Positions 1 through 9,797 of a stretch of DNA of 45,959 nt are shown here, one piece after another (the stretch's first letter is position 1; every line of letters starts with the position of its first letter). The notes beneath the pieces were generated by a model. That model was not told the origin of the DNA and did not search any database. It worked only from the letters and a program-made list of their open reading frames with translations. Origin of the DNA: Gemmatimonadota bacterium (lineage in GTDB: Bacteria > Gemmatimonadota > Gemmatimonadetes > Palauibacterales > Palauibacteraceae). The stretch covers positions 1 to 45,959 of the forward strand of contig JBDHAC010000045.1 of NCBI GenBank assembly GCA_039588275.1, given 5' to 3'. Position numbers and translations under genes: made by a program.

Positions 1-1251
1 GAGCGCCCATTCGGGTGCGACCCCGAGGGCCCCGGCCCCCTGTACGAAGTCGGCGCCCTCGGCCAGGGTCACGTCCTTGCGGGCAGGGATCCCCAGCGAG
101 TCCGCAGCCGTGAGGAGATCCGACCGGAGCGCCAGGTCCTCCAGTTGGTCCATCAGCCCGAAGACTGAATCCTCGGTCGCAGGCGAGGGCGCGATCGGCA
201 CGTAGATCTGGCGGAGCGAGAGCGTGTCCGCGGTCCGATCATCCACCTGGAGCAGGTGGTAGCCGAACGGTGACTGGACGGGCTCGGACACGGCGCCGAG
301 GTCGAGCGCGAACGCGACTTCGGCGAGCGAGGCGTCCAGGTTCTCGCGCGTCACGCGCCCGACATCCCCACCGCGCTCAGCCGATATCGAGTCGGCGGAC
401 GCCACCCGCGCCACGTCGGCGAAGTCCTCTCCGTCCACGATCCGCCGACGCAGAGAGTCCGCCCGCGAGAGCGCCGCTGCCGTATCCACGCTTGTGGGAC
501 GCAAGGCGAGGCTGAGCATGTTGACGCGTGCCGTGGCCGGGCGCTCGAAATCCTCCTCGTGCTCATCGTAATAACCACGCACCTCGGCTGCCGAGATGAT
601 CACGAGACTGTCCGGCACCGCGGTCGAGGGGTCGACGGTCAGGAATCGCACGCGAACCGTCTCGTTCGTGTCGCGAAAGTACCTCCAGGCCTCCTCCTCC
701 GACACGTAGATGCCCTCCTGGATGACGGATTGGAGCTTGGTGCGCGGGAGAATCGTCCGGTAGTAGCTCTCGATCTGCAGGAGCATCGCCTCGTCGGTGG
801 ACGGGTCGGCGAAGAACTGCTGGTATTTCTGGATGTCGAAGCGCCCCTCCGTCTGAAACGCAGGGTGCGTGAGGAACTCGGGTGGGGGCTGCGTCAGGAA
901 CGCCTGTCGGATCTCGTCATCCGAAACGCCGATGTTCAGACGCTCGAGCTCGGACCGGAGGAGCGCCTGTGAAACCAGCTCGCTCCATGCCTCTTCTCGA
1001 ATGATCCGGACGTCCTCCTCCGTCAGGCTGCCTCGCTGCTGACGAGCTACCTGAAGCTGGTTCTGGAGGTACACGTTCCAGTCGCTGTAGCGTATCTCCT
1101 GTCCTCCGACCTCGCCGACGACCGGGTTGAGCTCGGAGGAGAGGTTACCCCCGCGGCTCTGCACCCAGTCGAACACCAGCCAGCCGACGAAGGCCAGCGA
1201 CAGCATCAGCATCACCCACTTTGCGCTGTCGCGCATCTTCCGCATGAACAT
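1..1251 (-). CDS. PpiD/SurA-like periplasmic chaperone / parvulin peptidyl-prolyl isomerase (3' end runs off the window)
   Basis: Not in the ORF track because it has no stop in the window. Manual translation from ATG 1251: MFMRKMRDSAKWVMLMLSLAFVGWLVFDW (N-terminal TM anchor), NPVVGEVGGQEI, ERLNIGVSDDEI (SurA N-domain), GEDFADVARVASAD..SAERGGDVG and VSEPVQSPFGYHLLQV (rotamase signature). Confidence 0.88.
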   Translation of the reverse strand, partial: MFMRKMRDSAKWVMLMLSLAFVGWLVFDWVQSRGGNLSSELNPVVGEVGGQEIRYSDWNVYLQNQLQVARQQRGSLTEEDVRIIREEAWSELVSQALLRSELERLNIGVSDDEIRQAFLTQPPPEFLTHPAFQTEGRFDIQKYQQFFADPSTDEAMLLQIESYYRTILPRTKLQSVIQEGIYVSEEEAWRYFRDTNETVRVRFLTVDPSTAVPDSLVIISAAEVRGYYDEHEEDFERPATARVNMLSLALRPTSVDTAAALSRADSLRRRIVDGEDFADVARVASADSISAERGGDVGRVTRENLDASLAEVAFALDLGAVSEPVQSPFGYHLLQVDDRTADTLSLRQIYVPIAPSPATEDSVFGLMDQLEDLALRSDLLTAADSLGIPARKDVTLAEGADFVQGAGALGVAPEWAL

Positions 1252-1400
1252 CGCAGACGTCCCGCACTCGTTCCGTGATCGTCAATCCCAGAAACACCAA
1301 ACGGCCGGAAACCGGCCGTGGCTCAGTGCTTCCCATCGGGAACGAAGGTATATCCGATCGGAAACCCTAGCAATCCGGGTCGGGTCCGTTACCTACTGGT

Positions 1401-1430
1401 TTGACAGTAAAAAAAAGGCGTCGGTATGTT
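1401..1430 (+). promoter_or_regulatory. Putative sigma70-type promoter for the + strand gene run
   Basis: Perfect TTGACA (1401-1406), 18-bp spacer, TATGTT (1425-1430), about 50 bp upstream of ATG 1483. Confidence 0.55.
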
Positions 1431-1482
1431 CCGCAGGTAGTGAGATCTCCGCCGTCCGAGGAAAGAAAGCGCCCGCCCTTCG

Positions 1483-2559
1483 ATGAGTCTCCAAGATACC
1501 GCCCTGGAGGAAGAGATCCGGCGCCTGGAGGATCTGCGGACCCGCAATCCCCAGGGCCACACGTTCGCGCGCCTGGCCGATCTGTATCGGAAGAGCGGCC
1601 TGCCGGCGAAAGGCCTCGAGATCGTGGTGGAGGGCCTGGCGCATCACCCGCATTACCTGAACGCGCATCTGATCCACGGTCGCATCCTCCTTGATCTCGG
1701 GCGCCGATCCGAGGCCGCGGGAGCATTCCGACGGGTCCTGGACATCGATGATGAGAATCTCGTTGCGCTTCAGGCGCTCGCGGCCCTTGAAACCGGTCCG
1801 GACAAGGCCGCGGGGCCGATGGATGTACACGTGCTTCCTCGCGCTTCGACTGTGGCCTCGGCCGATCGCGACATACCCGATTCCCGTTCAGAGCCCACCA
1901 ACTGGCTGGCTCAGCTGGAGGCCGAGTGGCGGGAGAGGCGCCAACCGGCGTCGAGAGCCGAACGGGAGGAGGGTCTCGGAGTCGGTTCGGACCCCTCGCC
2001 GACCGACGACGAGGATGACGAGAATGTCGCGTCGGACGGTGCGGCGGGGGGTGAGGGTGCAGCGGGGCGGACTGAAGCCGCGGAGGATGCCCTGGATCGG
2101 GCTGAGGGTGATGAAGGGGCACTCGATCGTGCGAAGCCCGAGGCGGCGCAGGAAGTGGCGACAACGACCCTGGCGGAGCTGTATCTCCGCCAGGGACTGT
2201 ACGAAGAGGCGATCTCGGTGTACGAGAAGTTACTGGCACGTGACCCGTACAGCGCGCGACTGGCCGCGAGTCTCGACGAGGCGCGCCGGCTGAGCCGCGA
2301 GGGACCACGCAGAAGCACGCCCGCCCCGCGCGGCAGCATGCCGCCCGCCCCTGAGGTCCCTCCCCCGAGTCGGGAGCTTCCACGCCCGGAAGCGATTCCC
2401 CCGCCCCTGCAGACGGACGATCCCGTCAGGCTCACGATCCGGGAACAATTGACGGCGATCCTGGCCGAGCGCGCGCACCCGAACACGAACCTCGAGCCGG
2501 GGGCGCTGCGTCGACTCCGCCGCTGGCTGGAGGAGGCGGCGACAGCCGGTGACGAATAG
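1483..2559 (+). CDS. Tetratricopeptide-repeat protein
   Basis: TPR-like helices (FARLADLYRKSG, AHLIHGRILLDLG, AFRRVLDIDDEN), acidic low-complexity linker, second TPR TTTLAELYLRQGLYEEAISVYEKLL. Confidence 0.8.
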   Translation: MSLQDTALEEEIRRLEDLRTRNPQGHTFARLADLYRKSGLPAKGLEIVVEGLAHHPHYLNAHLIHGRILLDLGRRSEAAGAFRRVLDIDDENLVALQALAALETGPDKAAGPMDVHVLPRASTVASADRDIPDSRSEPTNWLAQLEAEWRERRQPASRAEREEGLGVGSDPSPTDDEDDENVASDGAAGGEGAAGRTEAAEDALDRAEGDEGALDRAKPEAAQEVATTTLAELYLRQGLYEEAISVYEKLLARDPYSARLAASLDEARRLSREGPRRSTPAPRGSMPPAPEVPPPSRELPRPEAIPPPLQTDDPVRLTIREQLTAILAERAHPNTNLEPGALRRLRRWLEEAATAGDE

Positions 2560-2568
2560 GCGTCAGAC

Positions 2569-3006
2569 GTGCGCATCGGCGTCGTAAACGGCCCCAAGCT
2601 CAATCTCCTCGGCGAGCGGGAGCCCGAACACTACGGTCACCGGACTCTGGCCGAGATCGAGGCCATGCTTCGCACCCGGGCGGAGCGACGCTCGATCGAG
2701 CTCGAGTTCATGCAATCGAATGACGAGGGCGCCATCATCGCTTGGCTGCAGGAGCATGCTCCGGGGGTAGACGGCTGGCTCGTCAACGCCGCGATCCTCA
2801 CACATTCGAGCGAGGCACTCCGCGACGCGCTTCTGGCGGCTGCGCATCCCTTCGTGGAGCTCCATCTGTCGAACGTGTTCGCTCGCGAGCCGTTCCGGCA
2901 CCGCTCCGTACTCGCCGAGCACGCGGTGGGAGTGATCGTGGGCTTTCGGGAGAACAGCTATTTGTTGGCCCTCGACGCGCTGGCCGACTACCTGGAGAGG
3001 CGCTAG
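2569..3006 (+). CDS. aroQ: Type II 3-dehydroquinate dehydratase
   Basis: NGPxLNLLGEREPEHYG, QSNDEG, THSSEALRDA, VELHLSNVFAREPFRHRS; 145 aa. Confidence 0.95.
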   Translation: MRIGVVNGPKLNLLGEREPEHYGHRTLAEIEAMLRTRAERRSIELEFMQSNDEGAIIAWLQEHAPGVDGWLVNAAILTHSSEALRDALLAAAHPFVELHLSNVFAREPFRHRSVLAEHAVGVIVGFRENSYLLALDALADYLERR

Positions 3007-3011
3007 GCTCG

Positions 3012-4118
3012 ATGGCCATCCGCGTTACGCCCGCGCTCGCCGGACGCTGGCAGCGATTGACAGACCTGCTCGGAGAACACCGGCTCGACGCTCTCCTGGT
3101 GACCAACCTCCCGAGTGTCCGGTATCTGTCGAGCTTCACGGGCTCCAGCGGGTGGCTGCTCTTCCGGCAGGAGACGGCCCCGGTGCTGTTCACGGACTCT
3201 CGGTACGAGGACCAGGCGGCGTCGGAGGTGCCGGACGAGGTCGAGGTAAACCTGGCTCCAGAAGGGCTCGCGAGCGCGTTGGGGGAGTATCTGTCTCGCG
3301 TGACATCGGGCGCCCGCCTGGGTTTCGAGCCGGAGTACGTCAGCGTCTTCGAACTCGGTCAGCTGAACGAGAGTGCGGAGGGTGGAACGTGGGTCGAGGT
3401 GCCTGCCGCGGTCATGCCTATCCGTGCGGTCAAGGACGACGAAGAGATCGACCTGATCCGCGAGGCCGCCGCGGTCGCGGAGGGGGCCCTCGCCCGCACG
3501 CTCGAGGCGCTGGGGAGCGAGCCCGAAATGACCGAGCGCTCGATCGCCGCGCGCCTCGAGTTCGAATTGCGGCGCGGCGGCTCCGATGCGCTGCCGTTCG
3601 ATGTGATCGTCGCAAGCGGCCCGAGGACGTCGCTGCCGCACGCGCAGCCGAGCGAACGGAGCGTCGATGAGGGGGACCTCCTCCTGCTCGATTTCGGGGC
3701 TTCAATAGGCGGCTACTGCTGTGACATCACCCGCACCGTCGTCCTCGGAAGGGCCCACGCTTGGCAGCGAGACCTGCACGCCGCTGTGCTGGAGGCCCAG
3801 GAAGCCGCATTCGAGGCGATTCGAGTCGAGTGCCCCGCGGCCGACGTCGACCAGGCTGCCCGAGAGCGGCTGGCCAGAGATGACTTCGAGAAGTTCTTCG
3901 GGCACAGCACCGGGCACGGGATCGGGTTGGAGGTCCACGAGGACCCCAAGCTCTCCCGTCGGTCGTCGGATGTGCTCGCGCCGGGTCATGTGGTAACGGT
4001 CGAACCCGGCGTGTATCTTCCGGACCGAGGTGGTGTGCGGATCGAGGACGACGTTTGGGTGCGGGAGGGTGGCCCGGAGTTGATCACCGGCTTCACGAGA
4101 CGCCTTCTCGAGTTGTAA
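3012..4118 (+). CDS. Xaa-Pro peptidase family protein (M24B)
   Basis: [64 protein letters not shown]. Start taken at ATG 3012, just after the aroQ stop. Confidence 0.92.
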   Translation: MAIRVTPALAGRWQRLTDLLGEHRLDALLVTNLPSVRYLSSFTGSSGWLLFRQETAPVLFTDSRYEDQAASEVPDEVEVNLAPEGLASALGEYLSRVTSGARLGFEPEYVSVFELGQLNESAEGGTWVEVPAAVMPIRAVKDDEEIDLIREAAAVAEGALARTLEALGSEPEMTERSIAARLEFELRRGGSDALPFDVIVASGPRTSLPHAQPSERSVDEGDLLLLDFGASIGGYCCDITRTVVLGRAHAWQRDLHAAVLEAQEAAFEAIRVECPAADVDQAARERLARDDFEKFFGHSTGHGIGLEVHEDPKLSRRSSDVLAPGHVVTVEPGVYLPDRGGVRIEDDVWVREGGPELITGFTRRLLEL

Positions 4119-4177
4119 CTGTTTGCAGGATGGACATATACGGTATCGCCCCGGTGGGGCGAGACGGGATCTGATGC

Positions 4178-4744
4178 ATGGCGGATACATCCGATTTTCG
4201 CAACGGAATGGTGATCGAGCTGGAGGGCGCGCTCTTCTCGATCATCTACTTCCAGCACGTGAAGCCTGGCAAAGGAGGGGCTTTCGTCCGCACGAAGCTC
4301 AAGGACGTGATGAAGGGCTCCGTGGTCGACAAGACGTTTCGGGCGGGCGAAAGGGTGACGGAGGTGCGGCTCGAGCGACGACCGATCCAATACAGCTACC
4401 AGGACGGCGGGTTGTACTACTTCATGGAGCTCGAGACGTACGAGATGATCCCGCTCTCCGCCGGCGCCATTGGCCAGGAGCAACTCCAGTATCTGCAAGA
4501 GAACATGGAGTGCCAGGGCCTGACACGAGACGGGCAGGTCCTCGCGGTGGAGTTGCCGCAGTTCGTCGAGCTCGAGGTGGTCGAGACCGAGCCGGGCGTG
4601 CGCGGCGACACGGCGCAGGGTGGGACGAAGCCGGCGAAGCTCGTGACGGGCGCCGTGGTCCAGGTGCCGTTGTTCGTGGAAACCGGAGAGGTGATTCGAG
4701 TGGATCGGACCGAGGACAAGTACATCACACGGGTCTCGTCATGA
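4178..4744 (+). CDS. efp: Elongation factor P
   Basis: [42 protein letters not shown]; 188 aa. Confidence 0.98.
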   Translation: MADTSDFRNGMVIELEGALFSIIYFQHVKPGKGGAFVRTKLKDVMKGSVVDKTFRAGERVTEVRLERRPIQYSYQDGGLYYFMELETYEMIPLSAGAIGQEQLQYLQENMECQGLTRDGQVLAVELPQFVELEVVETEPGVRGDTAQGGTKPAKLVTGAVVQVPLFVETGEVIRVDRTEDKYITRVSS

Positions 4745-5244
4745 TCGACATGGAGCTGTTGAAGAAACTGATCCGTCTCGTCGAGGAGTCGGGGATCGAC
4801 TCGCTGGAGGTGGAGCGTTTCGCCACCCGAATCCGTATCCGCAAGTCGCCGGTCGTGGGAGCCGGGCCGGTCATCGCGTCCGCCCCCGCCGCCCTGTCGA
4901 CTCCTACGGGGCCCTCCTCGGACGTGGCGCTCTCGGGTGCCACTGCCACGGACGCGTCCGCCCTGGCGGCGCACGCGCCTGGGGGTGACTCGGATCTGCA
5001 CGACATCCTGTCACCGATGGTCGGGACCTTCTATCGCGCTCCCTCCCCGGATGCCCCCCCGTACGTCGATGTCGGGGATCGCGTGGAGAAAGGCCAGACG
5101 CTGTGTATCCTCGAAGCCATGAAGCTCATGAACGAGCTCGAGGCCGAAGTGGCGGGCGTGGTGCGCGAAGTCACGGTCGAAAACGCGGAGCCCGTCGAAT
5201 ACGGCCAGCTGCTGTTCCGCGTGGAGCCCGACGCGGCGGCGTGA
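4741..5244 (+). CDS. accB: Acetyl-CoA carboxylase biotin carboxyl carrier protein
   Basis: ATGA overlap with efp; Ala/Pro linker; [13 protein letters not shown]; biotinylation motif EAMKLMNE. Confidence 0.96.
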   Translation: MIDMELLKKLIRLVEESGIDSLEVERFATRIRIRKSPVVGAGPVIASAPAALSTPTGPSSDVALSGATATDASALAAHAPGGDSDLHDILSPMVGTFYRAPSPDAPPYVDVGDRVEKGQTLCILEAMKLMNELEAEVAGVVREVTVENAEPVEYGQLLFRVEPDAAA

Positions 5245-5260
5245 GCCCGCCGGCAGCCGG

Positions 5261-6604
5261 TTGTTCCGCAAGATCCTGATCGCGAATCGGGGGGAGATCG
5301 CCCTCCGGGTCATCCGAGCCTGCCGCGAGCTCGATGTCCGCACGGTGGCCGTGTACTCGGACGCCGATCGCGACTCTCTGCACGTACGTTTCTCAGACGA
5401 GGACATCTGTATCGGACCGGCCCCGAGCCGCGAAAGCTACCTGAACATCCCACGCATCCTGGCTGCCGCCGAGATCACCGGGGCCGATGCCATACACCCC
5501 GGGTACGGCTTTCTGGCTGAGAACGCGGAGTTCGCCGAGATCTGCGAGAGAAGCGGCCTCGTGTTCATCGGCCCGACGGCGGAACAGATCCGGCGCATGG
5601 GAGACAAGGCCGAAGCGCGTCGCACGATGATGCAGGCCGACGTGCCCGTGGTACCGGGCTCCGAAGGCGCGATCGACGATGAGGATCAGGCGTTCGAGGA
5701 GGCCGAGCGCATCGGGTTCCCCGTGATGATCAAGGCCGCTGCGGGTGGCGGAGGCAAGGGGATGCGGATCGCGCGGGAGCCGGAGGCGTTCGTGAAGGCG
5801 TTCCGCATGGCCCGCAACGAGGCCGAGGCCGCCTTCAACAACCCCGCCGTGTACCTGGAGAGGTTCCTGGAACGGCCGCGTCACGTGGAGATCCAGTTGC
5901 TCGGCGACCGCCATGGCAACCTCGTCCACCTCGGTGAGCGCGACTGTTCCGTGCAACGTCGTCACCAGAAGCTCATCGAGGAAGCCCCCAGCCCCGCTGT
6001 CACGCCGGACCTGCGTGAGCGCATGGGGGAAGCGGCCGTGCGGGGAGGACAGGCGTTCGGATATCACGGGGCCGGTACGGTAGAGTTTCTCCTCGAATCG
6101 GATGGCCACTTCTACTTCATGGAGGTCAACACCCGTATTCAGGTCGAGCACCCCGTCACGGAGCTCGTGACCGCGCTCGATCTGATCAAATGGCAGATCA
6201 GGGTCGCAGCGGGCGAGAAGCTGGAGCTGCGGGCCGCTCCGGCGTTCCGCGGACACTCGCTCGAATGCCGGATCAACGCCGAGGATCCGGAGCAAAACTT
6301 CCGACCCTCACCCGGCACGATCACCACCTTCCACGCGCCGGGCGGGCCCGGCGTGCGCGTGGACACGCACGTGTACGCCGGGTACGTCGTCCCGCCCCAC
6401 TACGACTCCTTGCTCGCCAAGCTGATCGTGCACGGGAAGACCCGCGAGGAAGCCCGCATCCGTGCATATCACGCCCTGGAGGAGTTCATCCTCGAGGGCG
6501 TCCACACCACCATCCCGTTCCTTCGGAAGGTGTTGAATCACCCCGAATTCGTGGCGGGCGATATCGACACCCACTTCGTGGAGCGCTTTCTAGCAGACCA
6601 TTGA
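5261..6604 (+). CDS. accC: Biotin carboxylase subunit of acetyl-CoA carboxylase
   Basis: [60 protein letters not shown] start. Confidence 0.97.
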   Translation: MFRKILIANRGEIALRVIRACRELDVRTVAVYSDADRDSLHVRFSDEDICIGPAPSRESYLNIPRILAAAEITGADAIHPGYGFLAENAEFAEICERSGLVFIGPTAEQIRRMGDKAEARRTMMQADVPVVPGSEGAIDDEDQAFEEAERIGFPVMIKAAAGGGGKGMRIAREPEAFVKAFRMARNEAEAAFNNPAVYLERFLERPRHVEIQLLGDRHGNLVHLGERDCSVQRRHQKLIEEAPSPAVTPDLRERMGEAAVRGGQAFGYHGAGTVEFLLESDGHFYFMEVNTRIQVEHPVTELVTALDLIKWQIRVAAGEKLELRAAPAFRGHSLECRINAEDPEQNFRPSPGTITTFHAPGGPGVRVDTHVYAGYVVPPHYDSLLAKLIVHGKTREEARIRAYHALEEFILEGVHTTIPFLRKVLNHPEFVAGDIDTHFVERFLADH

Positions 6605-6630
6605 AGGACTCCGGTGGTCGAGGGCGACGC

Positions 6631-7425
6631 GTGACGGCGGCGACCGATCCCCCGATCGTCGATGTCGTGTGGGTACCTGCGGAGCTCGAGCGCCTCGACA
6701 TCGCGGAGTGGTCCGTGGCCGTCATCGATGTGATCCGGGCCACGACCAGCATCCTCACGGCGCTGGAATCGGGCGCCGATCGCGTGATCCCCGCGGCGAC
6801 GGACGAGGAGGCTCGGCGGGCCTACGAGGAGCTCCCGGCCGGCACCGGGCTCCTGTGCGGGGAGCGACGAGGCGTCAAGATCGAAGGGTACGACCTGGGT
6901 AACTCGCCGCTCGAATACGCCGACCCGAGCGTGTCGGGGAAGACCCTCATCTATCGGACGACGAACGGCACGCCCGCGATGCGGCGCGCCATGGCGGGAC
7001 GTCGGCTCCGGCTCGCGTGCTTCAAGAACGCCCGAGCCACTTCGGATGCCCTCGTCGAGGACCTCGAAGCGAGTTCGGCGGGCCGTGGCATCGTGCTCGT
7101 CTGTGCGGGCCGTCTCGGACGCGTGAGCATGGACGACGCATGGTGTGCGGGCCATCTTGTGGAGCGTGTACGAGCCGAACGGGGTCCGGTCGGGCTCAGC
7201 GACGCGGCAAGGTCAGCCGGCCAGCTGGCGCGAAGCCTGGGTCCCCCAACGGCCGCGCGCCTCGCGGAAACATCGGCGGGACGCGCGCTGGGGTTACTCG
7301 GGTTGGCGGACGATCTCGAAGTCTGTGCCGACCTGGATGCAAGCAGGGTCGTCCCGGTGTGGCGAGGTGACGCGTTCGTACGTGCGGACGAGGGCCAGGG
7401 CGCGGATGAGCGGAAGGGGGGGTGA
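6631..7425 (+). CDS. 2-phosphosulfolactate phosphatase family protein (ComB-like)
   Basis: VIDVIRATTSI, LCGERRGVKIEGYDLGNSP, TTNGT, LVCAG, DDAWCAG; GTG start at 6631 inferred. Confidence 0.9.
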   Translation: MTAATDPPIVDVVWVPAELERLDIAEWSVAVIDVIRATTSILTALESGADRVIPAATDEEARRAYEELPAGTGLLCGERRGVKIEGYDLGNSPLEYADPSVSGKTLIYRTTNGTPAMRRAMAGRRLRLACFKNARATSDALVEDLEASSAGRGIVLVCAGRLGRVSMDDAWCAGHLVERVRAERGPVGLSDAARSAGQLARSLGPPTAARLAETSAGRALGLLGLADDLEVCADLDASRVVPVWRGDAFVRADEGQGADERKGG

Positions 7426-9671
7426 TCGGGATGCTGGGTGAGCAGCAGCGCCACGAGGCGCTGGGTGTGGGGCTCGTTGCCCTCGGTCTCCTGATCGGCC
7501 TGGCGCTCCTCTCTCCGCTTCTTACGGGCGAGGAGACCAATCTCATCGGGCCGGCGGGGGCACTGCTGCACCGTTGGGGCCGCGCCGCGTTCGGCGCGGT
7601 AGCCGCCCTGGTCGCGATTCCCATGGTCGTGTGGGGTATCGGCTTCCTCGGCTTGTTCGATCGCGGACGAGCCATCCGCTGGACCCTCTTCTCGGTCGGA
7701 ATCGTGGCTTTCGTTCCGAGCGCGTTGTGGCTCCTGAGCACGGGCGACGTGGCGGATGGCGAGTCGACCGGATGGGTCGGTCGCACGCTCGGCGCCGCGC
7801 TCGAGGGCGGCTTCGGATCGGTTGGCGCACTGCTGATCCTGGGAGCCCTCCTCCTCGTGCTCGTCGTTCTCACGCTCGGTCTCTCTCCGCTCCGAATCGC
7901 CGCTGGCACCGGTCGGTGGACCAGGCGCGGCCTCGCGCTCGGGACCGGTGGTGCCCGGACGCTCGGGGGAGCGATCGCGGATCTGTACCGCGGTGCCGAA
8001 TCGGAGGTCGTTAGCCCGTGGGAGGGGGTGGAACAGGAAGCGTCCGACGAGGACGAAAAAGCGCCGGAAGAGCTTCCCGACCTGATGCGGAGAAACGGCG
8101 ATCGTGCCCAGCCCGAGGATGCCGAGGAGGTGCTCGCCGATCCCGGCGATCTGGACCTGACGGCCTTGCCGCCGCTTGACTTGTTGGCCGAGCCGTTCCG
8201 ACAGGGGAGCGGGCTCGAGTCACGCGAGCTGCGCGCGCTGGGCAGGGTGGTGGTCGAGAAGCTGGCCACGTTCCGTATCGACGGCGAGATCGGAGGCTGG
8301 ACGACCGGTCCGGTCGTCACGCAGTTCGAAGTCGTACCCGCGCCCGGTGTGAAGGTCGGCCAGATCGCGGCCCGCGCCGATGACCTCGCCCTCGCGCTGC
8401 GGGCGCCATCGATCCGCATCGTGGCTCCCATCCCCGGCAAGGGAGCCGTCGGCGTGGAGGTGCCGAATCCCGAGCCCGAGATCGTGTTCCTGCGCGAAGT
8501 GCTGGAATCGCCGGCCTATCGAAGGTCGCGCGCCACGTTACCCCTGGCGCTGGGTCGGGATCTGTCCGGGCGCCCGACATGCGCCGATCTGGCGCGCATG
8601 CCTCACCTGCTGATCGCCGGGGCCACCGGAACGGGCAAATCGATCTGCATGAACTCGATCATCACCAGCTTCGTGTACCGCTACACGCCGCGCGAGCTCC
8701 GCTTGCTCATGATCGACCCGAAGATGGTGGAGCTGAGCGTGTACGGTGAGCTGCCGCATCTGCGGCACCCGGTGATCACCGACAACGACGACGCGGCGTC
8801 GGTGCTCAAATGGGCGGTGTACGAGATGAAGCGGCGCTTCAATCTGCTTTCCGCGAACGCGAGCCGGAACGTGGCCGAGTTCAACCGCCGGATCAGGGAT
8901 GGGCGCGATGTGCGGCGTCCGGGCGGGGGACCCGACGATGATGAAGAGCGGCCGTACGAAGAGGGCGAGCTGCCGTACATCGTGCTGCTGATCGACGAGC
9001 TGGCCGACCTGATCATGACGGTACAGGCCGAGGTCGAGACCCCGCTCGCCATGCTGGCACAGAAGGCGCGAGCGGTCGGAATCCACCTCGTCGTCGCGAC
9101 GCAGCGCCCCTCCGTCAACGTCCTTACCGGGTTGATCAAGGCGAACTTCCCCAGCCGTATCGCGTTCCGGGTAGCGTCGAAGACCGACAGCCGCACCATC
9201 CTCGACCAGAATGGCGCGGAAAGCCTGCTGGGCAACGGCGACCTGCTGTTCCTGCCGCCCGGCGAATCCGATCCGATCCGCATCCAGGGCACGTACGTCT
9301 CCAGCGAGGAGACGGAGCGGCTGCTCGACTGGTACCGCGCCCAAGCCGCCGCTCGGGCCCGAGAAGCGGCGCTCGAGCCCGACATACTGGAGATGGTCCG
9401 CGAGCTGGAAGAGCAGGAATCGGGCACCTCGGCGGGCGAGGTGCTGGAAGAGAGGGATGAGCTGTTCCGTCAGGCCGCCGAGATCGTGGTGGCCAACTCT
9501 TCGGGATCTACCAGCCTCTTGCAGCGGCGGTTGAAGATCGGGTACGGAAGAGCGGCGCGGATCATCGATCAGCTCCACCACGCGGGTGTGGTGGGTCCGG
9601 CTGACGGATCGCGGGCGAGAGAGATCCTCGTCTCGCTCCCGGAGTTGGACGACCTACTGTCGGACGTGTAG
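7422..9671 (+). CDS. ftsK: DNA translocase FtsK
   Basis: N-terminal TM helices; MPHLLIAGATGTGKS (Walker A), IDPKMVEL, IDELADL, ATQRPS; gamma domain LQRRLKIGYGRAARIID. Confidence 0.97.
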   Translation: MIGMLGEQQRHEALGVGLVALGLLIGLALLSPLLTGEETNLIGPAGALLHRWGRAAFGAVAALVAIPMVVWGIGFLGLFDRGRAIRWTLFSVGIVAFVPSALWLLSTGDVADGESTGWVGRTLGAALEGGFGSVGALLILGALLLVLVVLTLGLSPLRIAAGTGRWTRRGLALGTGGARTLGGAIADLYRGAESEVVSPWEGVEQEASDEDEKAPEELPDLMRRNGDRAQPEDAEEVLADPGDLDLTALPPLDLLAEPFRQGSGLESRELRALGRVVVEKLATFRIDGEIGGWTTGPVVTQFEVVPAPGVKVGQIAARADDLALALRAPSIRIVAPIPGKGAVGVEVPNPEPEIVFLREVLESPAYRRSRATLPLALGRDLSGRPTCADLARMPHLLIAGATGTGKSICMNSIITSFVYRYTPRELRLLMIDPKMVELSVYGELPHLRHPVITDNDDAASVLKWAVYEMKRRFNLLSANASRNVAEFNRRIRDGRDVRRPGGGPDDDEERPYEEGELPYIVLLIDELADLIMTVQAEVETPLAMLAQKARAVGIHLVVATQRPSVNVLTGLIKANFPSRIAFRVASKTDSRTILDQNGAESLLGNGDLLFLPPGESDPIRIQGTYVSSEETERLLDWYRAQAAARAREAALEPDILEMVRELEEQESGTSAGEVLEERDELFRQAAEIVVANSSGSTSLLQRRLKIGYGRAARIIDQLHHAGVVGPADGSRAREILVSLPELDDLLSDV

Positions 9672-9797
9672 GAGATCGCTTCAGGCGTCGCGGAACGGGC
9701 CTTCGGGCCACGTGTACAGGGCGCCGACAGCCAGGTCGGCGTGTCACATCTTCGTGCGCGCACGCCGGCGCGCACACCCCAGACGGCCATCACTCAC

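Noticed and set aside
4123..5244. Apparent long fusions in the ORF track (373-aa AccB, 510-aa HDAC, 412-aa peroxiredoxin, 623-aa MenE, 571-aa SusD)
   Set aside because: The N-terminal extensions overlap neighbouring real genes in other frames or strands; true starts are downstream.
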